This document shows positions 26,193 through 42,351 of a stretch of DNA of 64,000 nucleotides, piece by piece. Source of the DNA: Malacoraja senta (Eukaryota); the NCBI GenBank assembly GCA_038087875.1, contig CM075989.1:7628001-7692000 (forward strand), read 5' to 3'. Each line of letters opens with the position of its first letter. Position 1 is the stretch's first letter. The position numbers were made by a program, and so were the translations under genes. The notes below the pieces were generated by a model that saw only the letters and a list, made by a program, of their open reading frames with translations, was not told the DNA's origin and searched no databases.

Positions 26193-26969
26193 CTTCACAG
26201 ACCATGGAACAAGAGAAGGTACATTAACATACAGGAGATCGCAGGGAAAACTCAATATTAAGATTTAAACGACGACAGATATCAGCCTCTCCATTCATTT
26301 CCCTGGTAACTGTTGAGGATGATAGGTTTTCCCAATCCCACGCACCAACTCACGATTCCAAGGAGGAATCTGGAACTCTCCCATGCAAATGGCAAGTAAT
26401 GCTGAGTGAATTGTTAACATTAAATCTAAATAGACCTAAAGCGGGCAGCACGATGGCACAGCGGTAGAGTTGCTGCCTTACAGCGCCAGAGACCCGGGCG
26501 TGTTTGTAGGTTAATTGGCTTCCTGTAAATTGCCATTATTGTGTAGGATGCGAAACTGGGATAACGTAGAACTAGTGAATGGGCGATCGTTGGTCAGCGC
26601 GGACTCAGTGGGCTGAAGGGCCTGTTTCCATGCTGTATCTCTAAACTAAAGTAAAAGATCATTGGTAGCTGCTTTTTTAAATCATTAATTGTAGGCACTC
26701 ACTAGGAGCAACTAAATGAAGCTATATCGCGCGTAAACAATATTCGCAATCAGTTGTGACACAGGATTGAGGGGCAGGGGGTTGGGGGTGAGGGTTGGGG
26801 GTGGAGGTGGGGCGTGGGGGTTGAGGGTGGGGGTGGGGGTTGGGGTTTGGGGGTGGGGGGGTGGGGGTGGGGGTGGGGGTGGGATGCCAGGGTGAGCTCA
26901 GACTCCCCTCCCTGCTTCACCTCTGCTAAAACAAATTCCATTGACCTCCCCGTGATTAATGGAAGCTTT

Positions 26970-27169
26970 NNNNNNNNNNNNNNNNNNNNNNNNNNNNNNN
27001 NNNNNNNNNNNNNNNNNNNNNNNNNNNNNNNNNNNNNNNNNNNNNNNNNNNNNNNNNNNNNNNNNNNNNNNNNNNNNNNNNNNNNNNNNNNNNNNNNNNN
27101 NNNNNNNNNNNNNNNNNNNNNNNNNNNNNNNNNNNNNNNNNNNNNNNNNNNNNNNNNNNNNNNNNNNNN
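26970..27169. other. Assembly gap (200 N)
   Basis: Run of N. Confidence 1.
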
Positions 27170-30360
<3,191 letters not shown>

Positions 30361-30737
30361 CTGGTTACTGCAGGAATTCAACCTCGCTGGGAGGATTCCT
30401 GAGCAAAGGCACCACCTTAATGTAAAGACACATTCATCCCGGGGTGCACAACTGTGAGAGACAATCCCAACTCAACCCGGTGTCTGGGCAAGGTGAATGG
30501 GCCTGGACATGAGATAGGGCAGGAGGATGGGCTGATGTGGGTTAGGGCAGGTATTTGCACTACCACACCTCATCTCCCCATTCCTCACCCATCCCTCACT
30601 CTCACCCCCTACACCACCCCTCATGCCCCCATCCCTTATGCCCCCCATCCCTCACCCCTCACACCGCTCATTCCCTCACGCCCCACCACCCCCTCACCCC
30701 TCATGTCCCTCCACATCAACACCTGATGCCCACTTAC

Positions 30738-30885
30738 TTCTCTCGTGGAGACCCTGACCAAAGCAGTGGGAGACCCTGACCATGGAGACCAACAGGCCAA
30801 CCTTGATGGTGAGAGAGATCAGGATGCCCGTTACTGCGCCTGCTTCAAGAACGTAGGTTCCTTCATATATCCACACTCTGCTAAT
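30738..30885 (-). CDS. Membrane protein coding exon 7 (ISRVWIYEGTYVLEAGAVTGILISLTIKVGLLVSMVRVSHCFGQGLHER), copy right of the gap
   Basis: gaag acceptor, GTAAGT donor; 148 nt, phase 0 to 1. Confidence 0.85.
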
Positions 30886-31850
30886 CTTCACAGACCATGG
30901 AACAAGAGAAGGTACATTAACATACAGGAGATCGCAGGGAAAACTCAATATTAAGATTTAAACGACGACAGATATCAGCCTCTCCATTCATTTCCCTGGT
31001 AACTGTTGAGGATGATAGGTTTTCCCAATCCCACGCACCAACTCACGATTCCAAGGAGGAATCTGGAACTCTCCCATGCAAATGGCAAGTAATGCTGAGT
31101 GAATTGTTAACATTAAATCTAAATAGACCTAAAGCGGGCAGCACGATGGCACAGCGGTAGAGTTGCTGCCTTACAGCGCCAGAGACCCGGGCGTGTTTGT
31201 AGGTTAATTGGCTTCCTGTAAATTGCCATTATTGTGTAGGATGCGAAACTGGGATAACGTAGAACTAGTGAATGGGCGATCGTTGGTCAGCGCGGACTCA
31301 GTGGGCTGAAGGGCCTGTTTCCATGCTGTATCTCTAAACTAAAGTAAAAGATCATTGGTAGCTGCTTTTTAAATCATTAATTGTAGGCACTCACTAGGAG
31401 CAACTAAATGAAGCTATATCGCGCGTAAACAATATTCGCAATCAGTTGTGACACAGGATTGAGGGGCAGGGGGTTGGGGGTGAGGGTTGGGGGTGGAGGT
31501 GGGGCGTGGGGGGTTGAGGGTGGGGGTGGGGGGTTGGGGTTTGGGGGTGGGGGGTGGGGGTGGGGGTGGGGGTGGGATGCCAGGTGAGCTCAGACTCCCC
31601 TCCCTGCTTCACCTCTGCTAAAACAAATTCCATTGACCTCCCGTGATTAATGGAAGCTTTACACTGCGGGTCACCCCAACGTTACCGAGCACATTTCATC
31701 AACACTGTCATCAACTTCAAATGCTAATCCCCTTCCTGCAGAAATCCAATGTCTCGTGTATCTAATGCCCTGAGCTGTTAACACTCAGAGATCCCTTGAA
31801 AAACGTACAGCCTGAAAATAATTAACAGGCGTTGACTGGCTCCTACTCAC

Positions 31851-31936
31851 CAGGTAGATGAGATAACCCAGGTAGACCAGCTCTGGGAGGTTCTGCACCA
31901 AGAACATCCACACAAGAGGCTTCTTTTCCTTAGGAT
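31851..31936 (-). CDS. Membrane protein coding exon 6 (IL/KEKKPLVWMFLVQNLPELVYLGYLIYL), with an apparent 1-nt deletion
   Basis: cattacag acceptor, GTGAGT donor; 86 nt where the flanking phase-0 exons require 87. Confidence 0.8.
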
Positions 31937-32009
31937 CTGTAATGAGGAAACAACCTGGCTTCAGACAGTACAGAGAATCATCACTGATACAGACCACATG
32001 CACACTGTC

Positions 32010-32066
32010 GCACGCGCACACACTCTCACACATTCTCGCACTCTCACACTCACACACTCTCTCTCC

Positions 32067-32115
<49 letters not shown>

Positions 32116-32150
32116 CTCTCTCCCTCTCTCCCTCTCTCCCTCCCTCCCTG
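32010..32150. repeat. (CA)n/(CT)n microsatellite
   Basis: Directly visible. Confidence 0.95.
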
Positions 32151-32531
32151 TGCCAAGACTTGCCCCCAGGTTCCTAGATCCATCCCCCCCACTGCTACCC
32201 CTCACATGTCCCAGCATCACTGCCACTGTTCATGCACCAGCTCACCCAGGGATCTGACAATTAAATGTTCCTGTGGACTCTCAGTCTTCTGGGTTCATGG
32301 TTAGGATAGTGGATAACTTGGATGGCTTTGTGACTTCGAGAGCTGTGACCTCCAGATCAGTGCCTGGGAGTGGGGTCAGTCTGATAATCCCTTTATGACA
32401 GAATGCCACCCCCCCCCCACCCTGAATCTCTCTGATTCTGACACCCTTAGAGTGGTTATAGCAGTGGCTCATCATATGGTATCACCCAGACATAGGGGGA
32501 AATGTGTTTTTTTACACTCTGCTTTGCCTCG

Positions 32532-33345
32532 TAGAACAGTATAGCACAGAACAGGCCCTTCGGCCCACACGGTCTGTACTGAATGTGATGCCAATTTAAA
32601 CTAATCCCATCTGCCTACACGTGATCCATATCTCTCCATTCACTGCATCTCCATGTGCCTATATAAAAGTCCCTAAAATGCCACTATTCTGGCTCCACCA
32701 CCATCTGGCTTCACCACCAGCCCTGACTGCATGTTCCAGGCACTCGCCACCCTCTGTGTAAACACTTGCCTCACACAGCCCCTTCAAACTTTGCCTACCC
32801 AGCTTAAAGCCACGCACTCTCATATTTGATATCTCCATCCTGGGAAAAGGGCACTTCTATGAGGTCTCCCCTCAACCTCTGGCATTCCAGAGAAAACAAT
32901 CCAAGTCTGTTCAACCTTTCCAAGTAGCTAATACTCCCTAATCCTGGCATCGCTCTGGTAAACCTCCTCTGCACCCTTTCCAAAGTCTCCACACCCTTTC
33001 TGCATTTGGGTGACCAGACTTGCACACAATACTCTAAACCTGGGTGACCAATGTCCCATACAGCAGCATCATGATTTCATGACTCGTGTAGTCAATGCCC
33101 TGACCTATGAAGGCAAGCATACAATATGCATTCGTTACCACTCTATCTGCTTGTGTTGCCACTTTCAGGGAGTTATGGACTTGGACCCCAAGATCCCTCT
33201 GTACATCAATCCTGTTAAGTGTCCTACCATTAATTGTATATTTCCCCCTTACATCTGACCTCCCAAAGTGCAACACCTCACACTTGCTTGGATTAAACGT
33301 CATCTGCCATTTTTCCGCCCATTTCTGTAGCGGATCTATATCCCG
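32532..33345 (-). mobile_element. Older, decayed CR1 LINE 3' fragment
   Basis: FNPSKCEVLHFG, RDLGVQV and LERVQRRFTR motifs split across frames. Confidence 0.9.
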
Positions 33346-33356
33346 CTCATGTACTT

Positions 33357-34468
33357 ACATAGATACATAGAAAATAGGTGCAGGAGTAGGCCATTCAGCC
33401 CTTCGAGCCTGCACCGCCATTCAATATGATCATGGCTGATCATCCAACTCAGTATCCCGTACCTGCCTTCTCTCCATACCCCCTGATCCCTTTAGCCACA
33501 AGGGCCACATCTAACTCCCTCTTAAATATAGCCAATGAACTGGCGTCAACTACCCTCTGTGGCAGAGAGTTCCAGAGATTCACCACTCTCTGTGTGAAAA
33601 AGTTTTTCCTCATCTCGGTCTTAAAGGATTTCCCCCTTATCCTTAAGCTGTGACCCCTTGTCCTGGACTTCCCCAACATCGGGAACAATCTTCCTGCATC
33701 TAGCCTGTCCAACCCCATAAGAATTTTGTACGTTTCTATAAGATCCCCTCTCAATCTCCTAAATTCTAGCGAGTATAAGCCAAGTCTATCCAGTCTTTCT
33801 TCATATGAAAGTCCTGACATCCCAGGAATCAGTCTGGTGAACCTTCTCTGCACTCCCTCTATGGCTATAATGTCTTTCCTCAGATTTGGAGACCAAAACT
33901 GTACGCAATACTCCAGGTGTGGTCTCACCAAGACCCTGTACAACTGCAGTAGAACCTCCCTGCTCCTATACTCAAATCCTCTTGCTATGAAGGCCAACAT
34001 ACCATTTGCTTTCTTCACTGCCTGCTGCACCTGCATGCCTACTTTCAATGACTGGTGTACCATGACACCCAGGTCTCGCTGCACCTCCCCATTTCCTAAT
34101 CGGCCACCATTTAGATAATAGTCTGCCTTCCCGTTTTTGCCACCAAAGTGGATAACCTCACATTTATCCACATTATACTGCATCTGCCAAACATTTGCCC
34201 ACTCCCCCAGCCTATCCAAGTCACCTTGCAGTCTCCTAGCATCCTCCTCACAGCTAACACTGCCCCCCAGCTTAGTGTCATCCGCAAACTTGGAGATGTT
34301 GCTTTCAATTCCCTCGTCCAGATCATTAATATAAATTGTAAATAGCTGGGGTCCCAGCACTGAGCCTTGCGGTACCCCACTAGTCACTGCCTGCCATTGT
34401 GAAAAGGACCCGTTTACTCCTACTCTTTGCTTCCTGTTTGCCAGCCAGTTCTCTATCCACATCAATAC
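33357..34468 (-). mobile_element. Young 5'-truncated CR1-clade LINE, RT C-terminal half with 3' UTR and tail
   Basis: Open frame with GVPQGSVLGP, FADD and LVRPHLEYC motifs; short tandem tail. Confidence 0.95.
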
Positions 34469-36114
34469 TGCGACAGCCTTCCCCACAGTCTGCGACCAGC
34501 AACCCTTACTAACCATATGCTAACTTACTAACCAACTATGTCCAAGAATAGAGAGAAATCACCATGCAGGCTGGAGCCATTCCACTGCAGGTGAACATGC
34601 TGCTTATTTGGTTCGAGAAGCCTTGTATTATGATATCTCAGTTGACGATTATCCCATTTTGGCAATTTGGCAATTATTCACGTATGAGTTCCAGAAAAAC
34701 AGTGCATTTTCAGTTAAACTAAAAATAGGTGGAAAAAGGAGGAATTGAAACGATTGCCAGAACCCAGAAGGTTGAGAAACACCGCGATGTTGAGGCTCAG
34801 CGGGAAGTAACACTGAAGTCAGCATTTGGCAACCAAGTTCTCACTAGTTTTAGAGCACAGGGTAACGCTGACATCCAGCATTGTCAGTATTCCCGGCACT
34901 CTGCTTTGCAATAACTTTAGAATGGCAACACCAGTGCCATGTTCTGCTATTCCACTCCTCCGGGGACGTGATGTTTAGATTTTAGAGATACAGGCTCTTT
35001 GGACACCGAATCCATGCTGACCATTGATCGCCCCATTCATTATCTCTCCGTCACCCCACTTCTGCGCCCTACACATTAGGGGCAATTTACAGAAGCCAAT
35101 TGACCACAAACCTGCAGGTCTTTGGGATGTGGGAGAAAACCCACATGGTCACAGCGTGGATGTGTAAACTGCATACAGACAGCACCTGTAGTCAGGATCG
35201 AACCTGGGTCACTGATACTGTGAGGCAGCAGCTCCACAGCTGCGCCACCGTGCCACACTTGATGTTGTAAAAACATTCAGGATGTGATCGTCTGTGCAAG
35301 GCCAGCATTTTTTGCCCACCCACGCCCCCCGGAGGACGGGAGGGAGCTGCGCCCTGGAATGGCTGTAGTGGTGAAGGTACGTTATGGTGCCACTGAGTCT
35401 CTCACTTGGGCCACCACCACCCTGCTGTGGGCCTGAAGTCACACGTAAGGCTGAGCTCCTTCCTGGAAAGGGAGTGGTGGTGGGGTCTACTTCCACCAGA
35501 TAGTATCACGGCCACCACGACTGTGGCTGCCTCTGATTCCAGGTTTATTTCATTCCCGGCTGCTGTCGAGGCTCAGGGGAGAGTGAGATCCCCCCTCCCC
35601 ACCTGGACAGAGCGAGGGACCTGGTCCTCACTCCATCTGGGGTAGGGGAGTGGGAGAAGGGTCTCAGATTCTCTTGCTCTGTTCGGGGGGAGGGGGCCTC
35701 ACTCTGTTCGGAGGGAGGAATCGAAGGGGTTCGCTCACTCTGTCCAGGAGGGGGGGGGGGTTGAGGTCAGGGAGGGGCGATGGAGATGTCCCTCACTCTA
35801 TCTTGAGGGAGGGGGGGTTGGGAGGAGGGACCCTTGCACCACCCGGGGACCGCTTGCACTGTTGACAGGTGATGGTCCATCCGGGTGGAGAGTGGTCTCT
35901 CACTCCATCGTGGTGGTCTCGGTCTGTCATGGGGGGGGGGGGGAGGTCTAACGTTGTGAGGGATCCTAACATTCCTGACTAACTGCTGACTGCGGGTGCC
36001 TGCAGTGCGGAGATTGATTGCTCTTTGAGAAGCCCTTCCCTGGGTGATGCCAGGTGATGTAGAGCTGAGAGGAGACCTGATGGGAGTTTGTAAAATTATG
36101 AGGGGCATAGATAG

Positions 36115-37157
36115 TAGGTATGTTACAATACTTACCTTCAGCGGCGCTGCAATTCTGCCACTGGCCTTGTGGGCGATTTTGGCGCCTTTGAGGGGGGGGG
36201 GCGGGGTTAAAACGCATGTTTCTCCTACCTTGTCCTGGTTAATATTTCGTTGGAGTGCAAGCTTTTGTGAAGAATCGTTCCGACGGGCGTTCTGTGTATT
36301 TTTTTTTAATTCGCCCTACAATTTCAGCGCTGGAGTTATTTTAAAATCAGCTCCTAAAGCCGTCAACGCCGACAACGGGGACGGATTTCATGCATGGGAC
36401 AGGTAAACGAAAGCCGTTTATTTTATGTATAAAAGTGCTTCTTAAGATGCCTTTAATTCACATTTTAAGTTGCGAAACGGTGATTTTTCCCCCCAAACGA
36501 ACCGGCAGTATTTTTTATGCTGATACGGGTTTAAATTCACCGCAAATGCAACGTTCCAAATGATCGCGTTCCAGAAAAACCCACTCGCAAGATGATTTAA
36601 ATGGCCATTAATTTACAGGTATTAAACATTCAATTCCTTCAATTTGGCCTATAAATCCATGACAATGAGATTTAAAAATTATGTTATATTGTGAATTCTT
36701 GTGTGAATGTTATTTGGACACTTAGGCTATTTAAAAATGTTAATCTATTCTTAAGAAATTGATAGATGTTTAGATCTAGTAATTGAATTTTGTAATTAGC
36801 TACAATTAGGTAACTAACTAATTATATGCTTTAATTTCATGTCATCTAAGTAAAATTGTTTCATATTTGTTTCAGAATGCTTCAATCTATAATAACTGAA
36901 AATTTCTTTCAGTTCTCTTAATTTTTAAGAAAGTTATGGGCTTTTGACTGTCCTCGATCACAGCTTTTGTGTTAAGTCAATGGAAAAGCAATAGGGAACA
37001 AGATGCTAATTTCCAAGTATGAAAATGGCAATAATCTTTTTAATACTGAAGATATGAAAGTGAATTAGGTGTCAAATTAAACTCCTTTTTATGCTTTATC
37101 TGATGGGATAAATTACAGACTTGATTTTTTAAATCTCAAAATTTTGTAACATTGCTA
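36115..37157. mobile_element. About 1.04-kb non-autonomous DNA transposon (hAT-like TAG...CTA ends) nested in a CR1 fragment
   Basis: TIRs TAGGTATGTTACAA / TTGTAACATTGCTA (12 of 14 match); TAGATAG duplicated on both flanks; removal restores CR1 sequence ggcatagatagggtagacag. Confidence 0.85.
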
Positions 37158-37515
37158 TAGATAGGGTAGACAGACAGAAAGTTTTTCCCAGGGTGAAAAT
37201 ATCAAAGACTAGAGGACATAGCTGTAAGGTTGGAGGAGAAAGGTTTAAGGTGATGTGCGGGAATTTTTTTTTTACACAGTGTGGTGGGTGCCTGGAACGT
37301 GCTGCCAGGAGTGGAGGTGGTGGCGTATAAGAGGCGTTTACATGGGCACGTGCTAAATGCAGGGAATGAAGGGGTATTGATCATGTTCACACTGAGATTT
37401 AACTTTGCATCATGTTCGGCACAAACACCGTGGGGCCCCAGGCATGTTCTTGTTCTGTACTGTTCTATGTGAAAGGTGCCTTAGGAACAACAGACTGTTG
37501 AATCTTGGTACTTAC

Positions 37516-37632
37516 AGCTATGAGGCCGATTACAGCTTTGAAGAGTGCCCAGAAGATGCCCACTCCCAGGATGATGGCACGCGGCAGGGAAAGCTGAGGG
37601 GCTCCTGCCAACAGGAGAACACACAGACAGAG
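37516..37632 (-). CDS. Membrane protein coding exon 5 (LCLCVLLLAGAPQLSLPRAIILGVGIFWALFKAVIGLIA)
   Basis: cccctgcag acceptor, GTAAGT donor; 117 nt, phase 0 to 0. Confidence 0.9.
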
Positions 37633-37814
37633 CTGCAGGGGAGAAGTGAGCATGGTTAGCGAGACTGCGCGGGTTGCGTTTCAGTCAGAAAGCTCCACAG
37701 CGTCCACGGTACTCGCTACTATTGGGTGAGGGGAACAGTGCAGTGGATGCACTTTGGCACCAACAAGAGGTGTCAGTCACTGCCACTAGGAAGCACCATC
37801 AAGCTTGTTCCATC

Positions 37815-38198
37815 AACACTCACACTCACTCACACACTCTCACTCACTTACTCACTCACTCACTCATACTCACTCATTCACACTCACTCACTCACTCTCT
37901 CACACACTCACTCACACATAGTCATACTCTCACACTCACTCACTCTCACTCACTAACTCTCACTCACTAACTCTCACTATCACTCACACTCACTCACTAA
38001 CTCTCACTCACTCTCATTCACTATCACACTCACTCACTCACTCTCACATGCCCACAGCATGCACAATCCAGCGTGTGGATTTTTGCGCCCACTCAGTGTG
38101 CGTGTGCACACCAACGTAGTAATGCACATACTGTATATAATGTGCATTCAAGCACACGCATACACACACACGCGCACACACACACACACACGCGCGCG

Positions 38199-38237
<39 letters not shown>

Positions 38238-38240
38238 GCG

Positions 38241-38282
<42 letters not shown>

Positions 38283-38285
38283 AAC
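37815..38285. repeat. Compound microsatellite: (CACT)n, then (CA)n with (CG) patches
   Basis: Directly visible. Confidence 0.95.
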
Positions 38286-38953
38286 ATATGCACTTGTTTA
38301 CGCTCACAGACACGGAATTAAAAGAACACCTGTCATTGTCGACACGGGCATGCGTCACAGTGGAGCAGCTGGTTGAGCCACTGCCTCACAGCACCAGAGA
38401 CCCAGGTTCAAACCTGACATTGGGTGCTGTCTGTGTAGAGCCTGTACATTCTCCCTGTGACCACGTAGGTTTCCTCTGGATATCTCAGTTTCCTCCCACA
38501 TCCCAAATACATGTGGGTTCGTAGGATAATTCGCCTCTGTAAAGTGCCTCCTAGTGTGTAGGGATGAGAAGATGGGATAACAAAGAACTAGTCGAATGGG
38601 TGATCGATGGTTGGCATGGACCTGGTGGGCTGAAGGGCCTGTTTCCATGCTGTATCTCTCAACCGAACTACAGTCATGGTTAACATGAACCCACTGACTT
38701 GCTGAACAAACCCACCTGGTCCACCATGTCCTTCAGGGGATGAAGTCGGCCATCCTACCCTGGTCTGGCTTGACTCCAGACCCATCAATGGGGGCGGATC
38801 TGTAGCAGTTGATAGGAGACTTTATGGTAGGGGGCCAGACCCTACTGCAGGAGGGTCAGTGAGAGGAGGTGTGGTATTAAGGTAATCAGCAAACGACCCA
38901 GCAAATAAAAACATCCTGCAGCGAGGCACGAATGTGGTTGTTCCCAACGTCAC

Positions 38954-39133
38954 CTGAGCTTGAAGGTCGAAGGTCACCAGAGAAAAGCAGAGGTTCAGGG
39001 TGAGGTAGTGGGACTGCACGCTCTCCAGGGCCCCGCCCACGCGAAACGCCATGAAGTTGGGTCTCTTGATCAGGTAGCAGAGGCTCGCTGCCATCAGGAA
39101 CACCCCGAACGCCACGATGCACGCAAACCGGAT
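38954..39133 (-). CDS. Membrane protein coding exon 4 (IRFACIVAFGVFLMAASLCYLIKRPNFMAFRVGGALESVQSHYLTLNLCFSLVTFDLQAQ)
   Basis: tttcag acceptor, GTGAC donor; 180 nt, phase 0 to 0. Confidence 0.9.
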
Positions 39134-41877
39134 CTGAAACACACCAGGCAAAGTCGGGACAGTCGGTGCAAGGCTGCAGGAAGGAACTGCAGATGCTGGT
39201 TTAAACCGAAGATAGACACAAAAAGCTGGAGTAAGTCAGCGGGACAGGCAACATCTCTGGGGAGAAGGAATGGATGACATTTCGGGTCGAGACCCTTCTT
39301 CAGACTTGTACTGTTCAGTTACTCCAGCTTTTTTTGTCTATCTGCGGTGCAAGGCTGGACGGTTTGTCAGTCAGTACCTCAGCCCTCTGCTCTCAGCGCT
39401 TCCTCTCTGCCATCGACTGAGTATTTGGAATATTGTGGGCAATTTTTGCCCCATATATGAGGAAGGATGTGCTGGCGCTGAAGGGGGTCCAGAGGAGGCT
39501 TACGAAAATGATCCCAGGAATCAGTAGGTTAACATGTGATGAGCATTTAACGGCACTGGGCCTGTACTCGCTGGAGTTTAGAAGGATGAGGGGGGGACCT
39601 CATTGAAACTTACCGAATAGTGAAAGGCCTGGATAGAGTAAATGTGGTGAGGATATTTCCACTAGTGGGAGAGTCTAGGAGACAGAGGCCATAGTCTCAA
39701 AATAAAAGGATGTACATTTAGAAAGGAGGTAAGGAAGAATTTCTTTAGTCAGAGGGTGGTGAATTTGTGGAATTAATTGCCACAGACGGCTGTGGAGGCC
39801 GTCAATGGTTATTTTTCAGGCGCAGATTGACAAGACTCTTGACCAGTAGGGGTGTCAATGGTTATGGGGAGAAGGCAGAATGGGGTTGAGAGGGAAAGGT
39901 AGATTAGCCATGATTAAACGGCAGAGTACACTTGATGGGCTGAATGGCCATATTCTGCTCCTACAACTTATGAACTTGAGCACACAATGCACTACCCTGA
40001 ACGCTCATCCCCTCCACCACCTGTGTGCGCCACTTGCAAAATGCATCGAGATGCTCAACCAGACCAGTCCAGCAGCACCTCCCAAGCTCAAGGCTGGTGC
40101 CGTCAAGGAAGAGAAGGAGATCAGGTTCTTCTGCAATTTGCCCACTCCCCTAGTTCATATTGACAAGGGTCTCCACGGCGTCTAACACCAGCAACTCCCT
40201 GCCCAACAGCACTGTGGGGTTGTTCCAACAGCAACGGGACCCGACCTTCACACGTGCGGCCAGAGTGGACAATAAATGTTGGTCCAGGCCCCATGAGGGA
40301 AGCAAGAGAGGAAATTGTGGAGACTCTGAACACGTTTTTTCTGATTCCAGTAGAGAGATGCTCATTGTTTCTGGCTGAATATGTTCAAAGAGAAACAGTA
40401 ATGTCTCTGCGATCAGTGGGCAGAACTGCAGATAAAACATGTTCTCGGCAAAAGGGAGGTTGCAGATAAGGAGGAAAGGGGGAGAGATAGAATTCAGGGT
40501 GGGGGCTGTGAGAGGAGCAGTGAACAATAAATGATCATTTCAGGGGAGGTGCACATAGGAAGGATAAATAAATGTACAAAATTGGAGTTCAAGAAATTAG
40601 AATTATTGAATTGTACCACAAAGAAACAGGCCCCTACATGTCCATGGCGACCATCCTACTTGACTACATTAATTTTACATCCATCTGTGCCTTGCTCAAT
40701 CAAATGTATGTGGGTTGGATGAGTGTACATGGGACACGTTGGGCAAGTAGGGCCGAAGGGCTGGGCCCACGCTGTATGATTCTGTGAAATGAATATACCT
40801 GCCATTGGGAGGGATTGGTAGTGCAGATTCACCAAACTGTTTCTGGGGCTGTGCCCATACCGAATGCAAAAGGATTGAGAAGACTAGAGTTGTATTCACT
40901 TTAAAGAACAAGAGATGATCTCATTAAAACTGAAGAAATTATTTCAGGCAGACAGCCAACCTTGCACAATCCATTCATCGCTTTGTAACTTCACGCTGCC
41001 TTCACACCGCTTACAAAGCAACCCATCAAAGTATCTTTGGGAAACATGCACACAGAGCTTCCAGTTCCATTATCAGAATTATTTATAAATATAACTGACA
41101 AAGCAAATGAGAATGCAGAACTGAACACTCAGCAAACAGAGGACATAAACTAAAGGGTGAGCAGAGAGGAAAGTTCTTTGAGATTCAGTGCAGGAAGGAA
41201 CTGCAGATGCTGGTTTATACCGAAGATAGACACAGAATGCTGGAGCAGCTCAGTGAGCAGCTCAGGCAGCATCTCTGGAGAAAAGGAAGAGGTGACACAA
41301 AATGCTGGAGTAACTCAGCGGGTCAGGCAGCACCTTTGAGATTCTGCTCGATCCCTTTCATGTTGATTCATAGAAATGAAATCAATAAGCCATTGTTATG
41401 TGATCTCCACACCAGCAGGAAAACACTGGCACTGCTGAAAACTAATTTAACAGCTACGGAACAAGGTGCCTTCCTGCAAAGGAGGATGCAGTTGCATAAA
41501 CTAGTGAAACGCTCTGAAATTTACAGAAGGTTCTTGCATAAGTGCCAACACTGGAGACTGGTGCACCAGTATTTATCAACACGTCAATTAAAAGTGGAAA
41601 TATTTTGTAGGTTTAAGAAGGAACTGCAGATGCTGGAAAATCGAAGGTAGACAAAAAATGCTGGAGAAACTCACCCGCTGAGTTTCTCCAGCATTTTTGT
41701 CTACCTAATATTTTGTAGGTTGTGCTTTGACATTGGTTTATTATTTAGGTTACCCACCGCTCTGCACCACCCCTCTGACGTGCAGTGCTCTCTTGGCACT
41801 GACCCTCCAACAGGGTGGCACTCCGTCTGAACGGCATCCACTTCCGCTTTGATATTGTGGGACTTCTACTGGCGAAA

Positions 41878-42351
41878 GGCACAAAATGCTGGAGTAACTC
41901 AGAGAGTCAGACGGCATCCCTGGATAGATGACGGTTCGGGTCGGGATCCTTCCTCAGACAGATTGCATGGGTGGGGAGAAGGAAATCTGGAGGAGTGGAG
42001 GGGCAGGACGGGGCGTGGCAGGTCATGGGTGAACACAGGCGGAGGGGGGGGGGGGCGGGCAATGGGGATTGATAGGCAGATTGTTGGACAAAGGCCAGAT
42101 GTTAACACACACAATGTGCGAGACAAAAGGATTATGGAGTTGCAAATGGTGAAGTTAGAGGATTGACAAGGAGTGAATTGTCGGTGGAAGGAGAGGGGAG
42201 GGTGGAGATGGGTGCGAGTTCAGTCAGGGCTCAGGTGGGGAATGGGGGTGGGAGGAGGAAAGTGGAGGGGGGGGGGGGGAAGGGGGTTGGTTTTTAGCAG
42301 TTACCTAAAGTTGGTGAATTCAATATTCATACCGTTGGGATGTAAGCTACC
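41878..42351 (-). mobile_element. Penelope-like element 3' end: ORF C-terminus, pyrimidine-rich UTR and hammerhead-like motif
   Basis: 42351-42301 encodes GSLHPNGMNIEFTNFR*, resembling the end of the PLE GIY-YIG domain; related EQHLIFCLGCL near 13300; CTGAGGA...GAACCGTC at 41957-41930. Confidence 0.7.
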
